This document shows positions 36,232 to 49,229 of a stretch of 64,000 nt of DNA, piece after piece. Every line of letters starts with the position of its first letter. Position 1 is the stretch's first letter. Position numbers and translations under genes: made by a program. Origin of the DNA: Chrysomallon squamiferum (lineage: Eukaryota; Animalia; Mollusca); contig CM022673.1 in assembly GCA_012295275.1 (NCBI GenBank), forward strand, positions 24,056,001 to 24,120,000, given 5' to 3'. The notes under the pieces are model-generated. The model was given only the letters and a program-made list of their open reading frames with translations. It had not been told where the DNA came from and searched no databases.

Positions 36232-38872
36232 TTAGATTGAGTGGTAATGTTTGTAGACCCTAGCTCTGTGGTTTGCATCAAGAATAGGAGCTAAAGTTTC
36301 TTCACTTTCATTTATTCTTCGTCTGAAACGTTGTCTGTCTCTGGCATAGTCTTCCCATGGTCCTTTTCTGCATGACTGGTATGCATGGCTCCATACAATC
36401 ATTGGGTGTACAGTTACAAGTTTTTCATCATTAAAACGTACCTGAAAAATATAAAAGTTACAATGTTTAAAATGAAAGTAATTAAACAGGCTACATAAAA
36501 CTAAGTGATGTGATCATTATAAGTGGTAATAAACTATATGTACAATAAACAAACACCAATGGGTGTCTTTTTCAAACTGTATAAACACAATGTTAATTGA
36601 TGAACTTCTTTGTAGTGCAATCTCAGCTCAGACTGACACAGACACAAAATAATATTACTTTACACTGGTTTCCCAAGTAATCAGCTGATGCAATACCAGC
36701 TGAAATGTATTTGACCTTGTTCTTGCAGAGTTTATAAATTGCATCATTTCAGTTTTGAAAACAACAAAACAGGTTCAATAAGCAGTGTTGCAGATCTTTG
36801 TTCACAAGTAATCAGAAATTGCATTACAAGCAGAAGACAATTACATCATTTTAAACTGCACAAAATGAAAGTTTTCATTCAGGTTTAGTTATGCATACAT
36901 ACAGACACATGAAAATCACTTGTTATGTTCCCAGTTTTAGTTTGCACTGACATGAACACTGTTGTTGGTGTCAGTGAACCATATCTTTTCATTTAAATTA
37001 CCTTTTCTCTTTACATGTATTAAAAATGTTAAATTAAATTTAATTAATTATTACTGTCAGTATTGTTGTTTTTTTAATTATTATTTTTATTATTATTATT
37101 ATTATACGTAAGAACTAACATTTTAATATCAAACAACAAAAAAACAAAACAAAACAATGGGTGTTAACTGGACTGAATGGTGTACATATAATTAAAATGT
37201 GTACCTTCTTGGACTCTTTACTGTCTGTCGGAGCAGCAACATGTTTGGTTATCTGATCATTCCAGGCCAAGTTGATAGCATCAATGGTAACCCTGCTGTT
37301 ATTAGCACCAGGAGAAACAGGAGAACACACTGAGACTCGTGTCTGTCTTTTTTGAGGGAGAACACTGTTAAGATTGCACTGTGGGATGGATGCTACTATA
37401 TCACAATCACTGAAGTCACAACAGTCATCTCCGCTGTCATCTTCACTAAAAGAGTCAGTTATGTTGCTAGGTGTGGAATGTAATCCTAAGATGAAAGCTA
37501 TGGTACTGCATCCAAACTGTTTTCTACAACATTCGTTTTGGCACTTTGATGATGCTTTGCAGCAGGATTGAGCCATACAACATCCCTGAGAATTTTTATT
37601 GTCAATATCACAATGTTCAGCAGTCTTGGTCGATGAATCGGACAACTTAGCTTTTTGTCGTCGTCTTTTCCTCTGCTTTTTAGCAGAGGGTCTGCCCTTC
37701 TTACAGTTTCTTCTAACTAAGAGTATGTCACTAATATCTGTCACTTGAGCAGTTTCACTGGTAGCCATTCCCTGAGATTTACCTTCAGCTTTGCAAGTAC
37801 TAACATTTACATTATCCAGTTTCATGCCAGTGACTCCTGTGACAAGAGAATTCACAGATTTATCCAAGCTGCTGTCAAAAGCAGCGTTTCTGACATCTGC
37901 TGTGCAGTTCATTGGTGCCACCTCCATCTTGTCCACCTTTGTGACAAAATCTGTACAAGTTGATGAACATGGCTTTGTTTCTTTTTTATCACTGGGATTC
38001 TGTGAATCTGTTTCAGGTTGCCAAGTTTTACAAGTATTTACTTTTTTGATTTCATCAAGCTGATTGTCTGTTTTGTCATGTGGATCATTGTCCACAGCAT
38101 AAACCTGACTAGATGAACATCTATTTTTACACAATACATCATCTTTACTCGTTTTACATGTTATATCACCATTCTGCGGGTCTGACACTGAATCACTATC
38201 AAAACACTCATTCCTTCGCATTTTTCTTCCATGTGCATGAATGTTTTTGCCTCGGCTCCTAAAATTTTGATCATGCTGTCCATTCTTAAATCCCATGCAC
38301 CTACGAGGAGTGTAAGGCCGAATAGTTGGTACTTCCATTATGTTTTTCATATTATTAAAAAATTCAAATCGGTGACAAGGAAACACTCTGAAATCTCCAC
38401 CAAAACGTGGAGGCTGAAAGGGTAAAGAAGGCCCCTTAAACTGCCACTTGTTTTGAATACCAAACTGAAATGGAGGTTGATAAAACTGTCTTTTCTGCTG
38501 TACTGTACTGTACAACTGAGGGCCATTCACAGCCTGACTGTCAAATGTCACCTGGAAATGACTATTGGACATAGTCAGATTTTTTCCTGTACTAATGTTT
38601 GTGTTTACAAATTTCCCAACTATCCAATCTCTTAAAACAGAAACGTGAGATTTTTGGCCTCGAGTTACGTCACTGTTTGTTACAGTGGGTTGAGAGGCAG
38701 CAAATCCACCCGATTGTACTTCTCCAGTGCTGTCCAGACGAAGTAACGGAGGTCTACAACCAGACCCTATAATTCCAGTATAACTGTTCGCGTTACACAT
38801 ACTGTCACTTCCTGTATTCCGCCATTTCTGTTGTCCATATGGACAAGCCATACTCGTTTTTAAGGAAGTCAT
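36232..38872 (-). CDS. PPP1R15: Protein phosphatase 1 regulatory subunit 15 (GADD34/CReP family), 625 aa, 2 coding exons
   Basis: Exon 37205-38872 splices to exon 36232-36441, giving SKK|VRFNDEKLVTVHPMIVWSHAYQSCRKGPWEDYARDRQRFRRRI. This is the PP1-binding KVRF motif followed by the RxGxW...RDR.RF core that defines the family. Confidence 0.93.
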
Positions 38873-38893
38873 TTTAAAACGATGAATTTTGTT

Positions 38894-39130
38894 TCATTCA
38901 CTCCATTCTTCTTCAGTATTGTAAAAACAATCTATAATATCATTCCAATGTCCGGGAAAAACAAAAGAAAATGCCACTGTACCTTTTTGTTTAAGAAAAT
39001 CTGGAATAAAAAGCCGGTGGTTCAGTCTACAAGTGTTGAGTAACTTGGAATGCTTCGTACAGATTCTTTTGTCAACTATTGAAATTTCTCTATTGTTTAC
39101 ATGAAATGTTGAATATCTTGTTGATTCCAT
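38894..39130 (-). CDS. 78-aa upstream ORF in the PPP1R15 leader (candidate conserved uORF peptide)
   Basis: ATG in strong context (aatATGG); MESTRYSTFH...HRLFIPDFLKQKGTVAFSFVFPGHWNDIIDCFYNTEEEWSE*. The sequence is complex and non-repetitive. The stop lies 21 nt before the main ATG. Confidence 0.55.
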   Translation of the reverse strand: MESTRYSTFHVNNREISIVDKRICTKHSKLLNTCRLNHRLFIPDFLKQKGTVAFSFVFPGHWNDIIDCFYNTEEEWSE

Positions 39131-39239
39131 ATTTGGTGAAAACAGCAAATTTAGAATAAAACGTTTTACTTTTTGAAGATACTTTTCGAAAATAAACACA
39201 TGATTCAATTTCTTGTTTTAGATTTGTCTTAATAACAGT

Positions 39240-39770
39240 TGAACTCCTCTGACGTCACACATAAATATACGCATACGAATATAGTCCTAAAACAAAATAG
39301 AAATTAAATGTAACTGTTACACTTATTTCAGTTTTTTATATAACAGCATTTAATGTAACTTAATATTGTAAATAATGTTTCATATGACACAAACATGTAT
39401 ATGTCTACACTTAGGTATTTCCCACGGTGGTTGAATACCCGCGCATTGATACGTGCACCTGTCCAGTTTAGTATATTGCATCAGCCATACTAGTCACGAC
39501 GCGCAGTTATAGGACTTTTTTTACGCAATGACAAAGTAGTAAATTACGTGACAAATATAACGCAGTGCGTTTAAAATATGCTGCACAAACATTAAAAGTT
39601 AAATTTTATATTTCAAGTAATTGTATCTGTGTAATACATTTATTGTCGTAGATTCTAAACCAGCGAACCGAAATTTTGGAGAGAATAAAATAATAACTTC
39701 CAACAAGCTCTCATACTAAAAGGGACAAGTAATATTAAAAATACTTAAAAATTCGTTTGCATCATATCGA
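39240..39770 (-). promoter_or_regulatory. PPP1R15 promoter with a bZIP site cluster
   Basis: Perfect CRE TGACGTCA 39250-39257; TATATAAA on the minus strand near 39335-39342; C/EBP-ATF site ATTGCATCA 39475-39483; C/EBP-like TTACGCAAT 39521-39529; TTACGTGA near 39544; TTTGCATCA 39756-39764. Confidence 0.7.
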
Positions 39771-40603
39771 ACAAAAACTGATTTAGAGGTAACAGGAGGA
39801 TTTCTTTCATGTTTTATCATTACATTTGTTTTTAATACAATATATAATATATTAAGTGTAAGTCTTTTAACAAAACAAATTTACAAAAAAACCAACAAAA
39901 AAAACCGAATTAGTGTAAATTGAAATATACATTAAATTTTATAAATGGCATGATTAGCGAGTGGAATATATATATTTATCTTCTTAAAAAATATATAAAA
40001 TATAAAAAAATGGCATCGAACCATCAAAAAGATATTTGAATTTATTTTATGTGCAGTTATTTTGAATATGTTGAAAACTCTACTTGCAGCCATGTGCAAA
40101 TTCGATTTTTTTTATTAATTATTATAATGGTTTTAAATAAGATATTCAGCATATGTATTAAATTAACCTTTGAAGTTGTTGAATGATAAACAAAAGAAAT
40201 AATCTCTATCTTACCGTGATTTTGTTATTACAACTCTGTCTTCACCCATACTGTGTGCAAACGCTCAAACAAATTTTCCTGTGTGTCTATACTGAGTGCA
40301 TAACTCGTGTTTACATATTACATCAGCATCGTCACAGTGGACGAACAGACCATTCAAAAAGTAGTCTGATGTAACTGAAGAATTCCCTGCGGAAACGTGA
40401 CTCCAGTTTAACTTAGAGAATGCGTACATTATTTAGCTATCAATTAGTTTTTTTTCCTGTAATTTTAAAAATACACGAGTTGTATCTTCAAACGAGTTAT
40501 ATCAGAAAAGGTGTCACATTTAAGATTATTAATTTTAATCTGAAGTATGAAGAAAACAAGACCACACAATGGAAATAAAAATATATTTTAATATACTTTA
40601 AAA

Positions 40604-40658
<55 letters not shown>

Positions 40659-41734
40659 ATCATCATATAGACGCAATTTTATAAACAGAAAATACAGAAT
40701 ATGGAAAATACTTTCTTCCATTGGTATTCTGAAAAATATTTTTTCCTGCGCCAATGATGAAATAACTATCACCAACATTTAAATAAATTTTAAAAATAAA
40801 TAAATAAATAAATAAATATCCTGACGTAAACACAAATTAAAAGTTTCCATTGTGACTTGAGGCGTGGTTGGAAATTACGTAACAATATGAGTTTCAATTT
40901 CACGCTTGACTGCTTCTTAGCGGACTCCATAATCTGTCCAACATTTCCTACCATAACCTTCAAAAACACCTTAATATAGATAGATAGATAGATATAATTA
41001 TTATTATTATTATTATTATTCTCCTCCTAAAGGTCGACCGATTTTAAAATTGTTTCTGAAAGATACGTATAAATTAAAAATGGTTATAATTTAACAATTT
41101 TATTTACGTATTAAAATACGTTAAACATGGATAGTAAAAATATACAACAGATTTTGAATGTACGCCTAACTACGATATCACTTAAAATAATAATAATAAT
41201 AATAATGATAATAATAATAAAATAAAAAATAAAATAAAATAAAGCTAAATAAAGCTAAAAATATAAATAAAAATAATTAAAAAATACCTCACGCTTTCGC
41301 TGAAATTCTGAGAAGCATATTTATTCTCTTGTTTTCATTTGCTAAAAACTGTTTAAAATAACAATAATAATAAAAAAATAATAGTAATATCAATAAAGAA
41401 AAAATAAATGAAATATGATGGTAGCACATATCATCATTGTTTCTCCTCGTCCTAGTGCATTACCTTAGATAGGTGTACTACATTTTATTTTCACTAGCTG
41501 AACTTCACGGCGATTTGAAAACATTCGCGAAATTACAAACCAGGATTACTACACAGTTATTTATATTTTATAACTTCTACCAAAACATAAGCAGTTACAT
41601 TTCTACGCAAAATAAAATAAAACTGTATAAAATAAAACGGTTACGTTTTTAATGAAGGAAAAGTCCAAAAGGATTGTGCTCAGTATTTCAGTTTTATTAA
41701 CACAATAAAGGTAAGTTTTAAAGTGCAAAGCGCT

Positions 41735-41775
<41 letters not shown>

Positions 41776-42369
41776 AATATAATATAATAAAATAAAATAA
41801 AATAAAAATATAAAATATAAAAATAAAAAATAAATAAAAATAAAAATAAAAATAAAAATAAATAAATAAATAAATAAATAAAATAAATAAATAAATAAAT
41901 AAATAAAATCTTCTTCTTCTTCTTCTTTTTATAATTTATTATTATTATTATTATTTTATTATTATTGTTTGTTTTAATAAGACTAACTTGCTGAGATCAG
42001 TTCTGACTTTTCTACTCATTATTATCATCAGGTATTCTAAAATATACTGAATTATATATCTTCAAATACTTGTTTTTTATTATTATTTATTAAAATAATA
42101 CAGTATAATACAACAGAACAAGACAAAAAACAAAACATTCTCTGACAATATAAAACAAATAACTAAACTAGATGGAAGTTATTAAATGTGATGTAATAAA
42201 AATGTTACACAAACAATAGCAGCATATAAAATGCACCAGATATAAACAAGGATTTTTTTCAGAAATAACAGATTGTACAACAAACAATAATTCACAACAC
42301 AGACATGGTTAATATAAATATATTATACTAATTAAAGTTGAAACACACACACACACACACAAATATAAA

Positions 42370-42423
<54 letters not shown>

Positions 42424-45400
42424 AATAAATAAATAAATAAAATTCAAAACAAAAAAAGCTATGCAAATATATAGAAGATGTATCATTCTGAAGTATATTT
42501 CATCATTTTCTTCACAACAAATGAAATCATCATCTTCAGAAATGGACTTGAGATTCAAAAATCCTGCTACTATATGGAATGATTGTTTATTACAAAAAAA
42601 AAAAAAAATCCTAAAAATACACATGAAAAACAACAAAAATAACAGTAATAATAATAATAATATTAACAATAATAATAATAATGATGATGATGATGATGAT
42701 AATACAATCCTACCCATCAGAAAACAAAAATATACTACTTACAAAGAAAATATCTTTTGACAAGACAAAAGATTAAGATGAATGTTTAGAACTGTGAAAA
42801 CAACCAGAAACAAGATACTTGTATTAACTGATAAGGGGTGGGTGAGTGTGGGGTGTGATACTGATCTGCTGGGTTATGTATCTAACAACACATCAGCATA
42901 CAGAGACTCCATCAGATTTTTAATGCCCATTGTTTAACAATTTATATAAAACAAATTAAAACATGCTATATAAACAAATAATAAGTGACAGAAATAAAAT
43001 AAAAATAATTTTAAAATCTCTTAGTCAGAAAAAACCAGATTGAAGCAAAAAGGCTTTACATATAATAGTGTGTTCCTTTAAGTTCAGAGAGAATGTGTGT
43101 CTGAAACATTTATTCATTAAAAACAAGAACAAATAAAAACAAGGAAGACATAAAATGACCATAAAATACAAACAGCACTTATACAAGATGAAAGCTTTTA
43201 CAATTAAAAACTAAAATTTATTGTTATGAAAGGATAAATCCATTAAGTACATATAGACAAAAATCTGGCATTTTCTAACTCATGTGTCTCCAGTATGTTA
43301 TAGTCTTAGAGTAACGTAAATGTCTATACTACTCTTCAGTACTAAAGACTACAGTGTTTTGATTTCACGCATCATCCATCAATAAGTCTGAGACATTCAA
43401 TAAATAACAGAAGATAAAATTATTTATGGTTTTTTTTTTTGTTTTTGTTTTATGTTTTTAAAACAAAAATTTAAAAATAAAAGAATCTTACATTTAACTG
43501 GGATTTAAAATCCAAACATTTCTGCATTTTTCAATTGCACAATTAGTATAATTATTCAAACATGTTGTGCGTTCCTGTGCATAATGTCCAAACATGGCAT
43601 CTGTATTCAGATTTTATGGATGGTCCCATTCCAGTTTTAATAAATAAACAATATGGCCCCCAGATGAACAAAAAATACTAATTGAAAAATCCCAACCCAC
43701 CTTCAAAATGTAAAACAAACCCCGAAAACACAAAATAATGCAAATGTAAGTATCTAAATGTGTAAATTATTGTAATTCTTTGAAAACAATTAATTTTTTT
43801 TTTTTTAACATTTCTTGTCCAAAAGGCTACTATTATTTTTCCTATCAAGTTTGTAACATAACAGAATTATAAAATTATTTTTTAAATTAATAACAAAAGA
43901 AACTTTATAATTATACTGTTTTGTATAGATGTCTTTTACAATTGTTTATAACAAAAAAACTAGAAAACAACTTTCAAATGTAGTTTGTAAAATTATTGCA
44001 ACTTCTGTTAAAAGAAAGTACGTTTTTTGTAAAAATTGTTAATGGAGCTGTCATTTGACAAACAGCCTCTGTTTTTGTCTTTATATTCAAATTCATCCAG
44101 TTATTTATTACAGATTAATATTTCACAAACATATCAATCACAAATTATTTCTTAATAAGGGAGCAATAAAAGAACAAAGAAAAAGAAAAAAGAAAATCCC
44201 TAGATAAACATCAATTATAAAAATTTAAAATTTTAAAATTTAGATAAAAGTACATGATAAAATAGTATAATGATATACATTTTTTTTAAATATTAAATAA
44301 AATCAACATCACATTATATAATTGGATGTGATATACATTCTAAGTAACAATAACCCATATTACTACAATGAAAATGTTAATATAAACTATTTTCCCTGTA
44401 GAAATAATGTAGATGAAAAATGTATAAAAACAACAACAAAAACAAAAATCAATAATAAAAAATAATGAAATGTAATAATAAAAATTAAAAATTAAAAAAT
44501 AATTTCAAAGTTGAAAAATGTATACAGATGGAAATGGCAAGTTTCTACCTGTGTAAAATACCAGGTAGGTAAAAAATATAAATAAACAAGCACAAAATTT
44601 GTATAGCAAATTTAAATAGCACTGACACAGAAATATATTCACTGAACATTTTACCTCATAGTTTTATACAAACCAGTTGAAAGTAGTTTTCAAAATAAAA
44701 CATTTTACAAGACTCATAATTGTAACTGTACCTGGGGCAGGGCCAAAAAAATCAACTGCCTAAACATATTTTGAAATACTTCAAATTGATTTATTTCTTG
44801 ATAAAGTGTAATCTGCCATTATACAAATCTGTAATCTGTCATTTTTGAACATTTCCAGCCAGTTATTCCTTTCATTCAAAATCAAGGAAGAATTAATCAA
44901 TAATAAAGAGTGGAAGGTGTCACTATTTTTATTTTTAAATTTTTTTTTATTTTGTTACTTTTACAAATAGGTGTTAAACTCCTACCACCCAAAATTTACG
45001 CCCAAAACAAAACAAAAAAACAACCAACCTACCATCCCAACTAACATCTCAACAAAACAAAACACCAGCATGACTATAAACAGATACAACAACTGTGCAA
45101 TAATTTACACTTCTTGTGGTTATTAATGAATCACTGACAATATTGTATAGATTTTAGACTGACTGATTTGTTTTCTGTGATTTCTTTTAAACTTTTCTGT
45201 GTAAACCAGGATGTCAAAAAAAACCACAGAAAAGAAAAGAAATATGACTTAGTGAATTGCTGGTGTTTTAATTTTTTTTTCACTTTGTAACTGGAAAAGT
45301 TTTAGATTCAGATCAAACAGTAACTTAGAAATTTGTTCTTACCCCTACAACAGTACCCAGTCTGTGTTTTATACAAGCATTTTCACTCAAACTTTTACAC

Positions 45401-45757
45401 AGCTCTTACTGAAAAGAATAATATTGCACATGATATTTAAAAATTAAATTTAAACACTTTATACATTTATAGCTTGCACATTAAGCAAAATATATATATG
45501 TTACATAAGTTAATGTTTTTATAACTTGTAATTGTCTATGTAGCTCGAAGAACACATATTCAATGTAGCTTAAAGAATGACTGAAGATGCTTTGTTTATG
45601 AAGCTCAAATGTTTACAGTAAATATATAACAAAAATGATGTTTATACAGTTCACAGATTTATACAAAAAAACATTTTATGTATTATATTAATTCAGACAC
45701 TTATCAAGTGACACATAATAAGCTTACACAGGTATGAAGAAACACTGATTCAGACAT

Positions 45758-47871
45758 TTAGGACTGGTTGGCCAGACTAGCAGGTTTGTAGATTTTTGGT
45801 AGGATGCCAATAGCACTGGACACGCTGTCAGCCAGCCATATTGGCAAGAGAGGATAAATATTCATTAGAAGGTCAGCACCTGTTCCACATGGATATCGTT
45901 CCCGTGGACGCTTTGACAAAAGGCTGCTGCGCATGCAGCGTATAACTGGTGTGAGATCGCGGGGGTAGCGCTGTGTGAAGCTGAGCAAGTGAGAATAAAT
46001 ACTGTCGAGATAGTCTTTGCCGTATGTGTCCTTCGTCTCACTGTCCATTGTCTCCCAAATCTCTGACTTGCGCCGTTTCATCACCTGCTCACTCATATTG
46101 CCTTGTAAATAAAAAAAAATGTTTATAAAACATTCCGATATACAAATAAAACTTTTAAAATAAATACTTATATATCATGAGATAATTATATACTTATACA
46201 TTTGTTATATTTTAATCTGATGTATAAATAAAACTTTTAAAATAAACACTTGTATTTCATTAGAATCATTATATATAATGTTTCATTCCAATACATAAAT
46301 AAAACTGTTAAAATAAATACTTATAATCTCATTAGATAATTATATACTTATACATTTGTTGTATTTTAATCTGATGTATAAGTAAAACTTTTAAAACTAA
46401 ACTTCTATTTCATCAGAATAATTATATATTTATGCATTTATTAACTTTTCTTCTGTTGTGTAGAGACTGATAATATACAGCAAGCTATTTAATTATTTAC
46501 CAGGCACTGTTTGTCTAAAACATATTTTTACTTGCTTTTATATACTGTACTGATTTATATTATATGTATATTTTATTTCTATCATGTAACTCGTGGTGTT
46601 AAGTTAACTATAAAGAAGCTGAAAAAACCTGTATAAAATCCTGTAGGTTCAATTATTGACACAATCACACCCCATTTTTTCATCTCCTGTCTCAGTGTGT
46701 CGGTGTATGCAACCAGTGCATACTTAGACATGCTGTAAGCTCCAGTTCCTTCCATAGTTATTCGGCCTGAAGTTTTAAAAAGTTATATAATCTATTGTTC
46801 ATAATCTCAGTTTCAAACACAGTTTAATTCATACCTATGATATCAAATTATGAGCTCTTTAATGTAATGTGAAATATTAAAAATGAAACTGTAACCAGCA
46901 GAAGTAGTCAATCTAAAATAATTTGAAAAATTAATGTAACTATCAATATGTAAGTATCTGAAATTTTAGTTATCACAAAGCATCCATCATTTATAAACAT
47001 TTATCTGGTTCACAGATTAACATAGCATACATTGTTATGACAAATGATAATATACAATGAAAGATAATCAACATGACATAGTTTCACATTTACTTATCCT
47101 CTACATCGGAGACTTTTAAACAGTTTTGTTCTTAGAGATGAAAACGTAAGTAAATCAAGTCAGAGATAAATGAAGCTATGTGATAAAAGTTCATGGGGGA
47201 GTGACACACAAATAGTTTAAGAAAGACTCATGATCCAACACAATCAAGGGAGACTACTTGATCACCTGATCACTACAGCTTATTATAACTAATACTAACA
47301 AGACCGTAACATGTATAAGTCACAAAAGTAAACTAAACACTGCATATATTTGTTTCTAGAGAATTCTGAGTGATGGGCAAGTTAAGGAGTTTGTTTCTCA
47401 TGAATAAATGACTTCATACTAAACAGTGGACTCACCTAAGAGACTGGACACATTGACAATTCTGCCCCTGGCCTGTCTGACGAGAGGGAGCAGTGACTTG
47501 GTCACATTGATAGCACCAAACAGATTGACGTCCATTATGTGTCTCATCACCTTCTCTGACGTCATCTCCAGCTCAGCAAAATACCAGACCCCCGAGTTGT
47601 TAACAATTCCCCACAAACCTGCATAACACACACTTTAACTAGTTAATTACATATATTTACTTATAAACACACACACACACACACAAACACACACCAGAGT
47701 TGTTAACAATTCCCCACAAACCTGCATAACACACACTTTAACTAGTTAATTACATATATTTACTTATAAACACACACACACACACACAAACACACACCAG
47801 AGTTGTTAACAATTCCCCACAAACGTGCAGAATATACATTTTTAGCTAGTTAATTACATATATTTACTTAT

Positions 47872-47922
<51 letters not shown>

Positions 47923-49178
47923 AGAGTTGTTAACAATTCCCCACAAACCTGCAGAATACACATTTTAACTAGTTAATTACATATATTTACTTATGAACAT
48001 TTCATAACACAAATACACAAAAATAAGCATAAACACCCTGCAACAAAACATGCGCACACAAACACCTGCTCCTATTTACTCACACACACACAGACATACA
48101 CATACATATATACATGAAAAATATAAACACATATAGACACCCACATACACAGTACTAACTGATCATTCACTATGTTTATATCTTTAACAACTATCAAAAA
48201 CAACTTTGATATGTTAAAAATCCACTATAAAATGATAAAACATTCTATTATTAAGTGTTTATTATTTGATCTAAAACAATTTAAATAAATAAATGAAAAA
48301 TTTACCATTAAGACAGAAAAAAAAAGAGCTCAAGTTAGATGAATGATGTTGAATTATCCCCCTTGAACTAAATACAGCTTTTTCAGTTACAATTTTGTTT
48401 AAAAAATACATCACTTCCTGTTAAAACATTATATAAGCATTTTCCCAGAAGAAAAGTGTTAACTTAACTAAAAAAAAGATTTTGTCTAAACATGTGGTGT
48501 CACACTTTTGTTGACTGCTGTGATTCAAGATAAAATTAGCTCTGTAATTACACTAATAGATAGAAATAAGCATGCATAAATACACACAGATACACAACTA
48601 AAACACACAATTCCCTCACCCTCATCAGAAACATGTCCCCTTATATACTCTCGTACAGTGGCAATGTCCTTTTTACTTGTAACATCCAACTGCAGAATGT
48701 GAACTCTGAAAAATAAATAAATAAACAAATAACAGTCCCATGATATAATTATGTTTCAAATGTATCATTCCTGTAATAAAGGAAAACAAAAAAAGATTTT
48801 AAAAGCAAGAAAAAAAAAAGACAAAGCAAATATAAAGAATTTAAATAAACAAAATACATAAAACACAAGAATATTGTGAGTTGCAAATAAAATGAAACTA
48901 TTTTTAACAGAAGGTATAAATTTAAAAAAAAAAAAAAAATTAACTGGATAGTCATGTAATTTTTTTGTGTGTGTGTGTGTGTGTGTTTGTTGATAAACAC
49001 ATACTTTTCTGAACACTCATTTCTGATTTCCACAGCACCAGGCCCTGAGCTATCCAGACATCCAGCAAATACAACCATGCCTATACTGTTTAACTTTTTA
49101 ACTAGGGCAAGACCAAACCCACTGTCACAGCCTGTAAATTAAAAATGATATATTACATATTTTGTGTTTCTTTGATGA

Positions 49179-49229
<51 letters not shown>

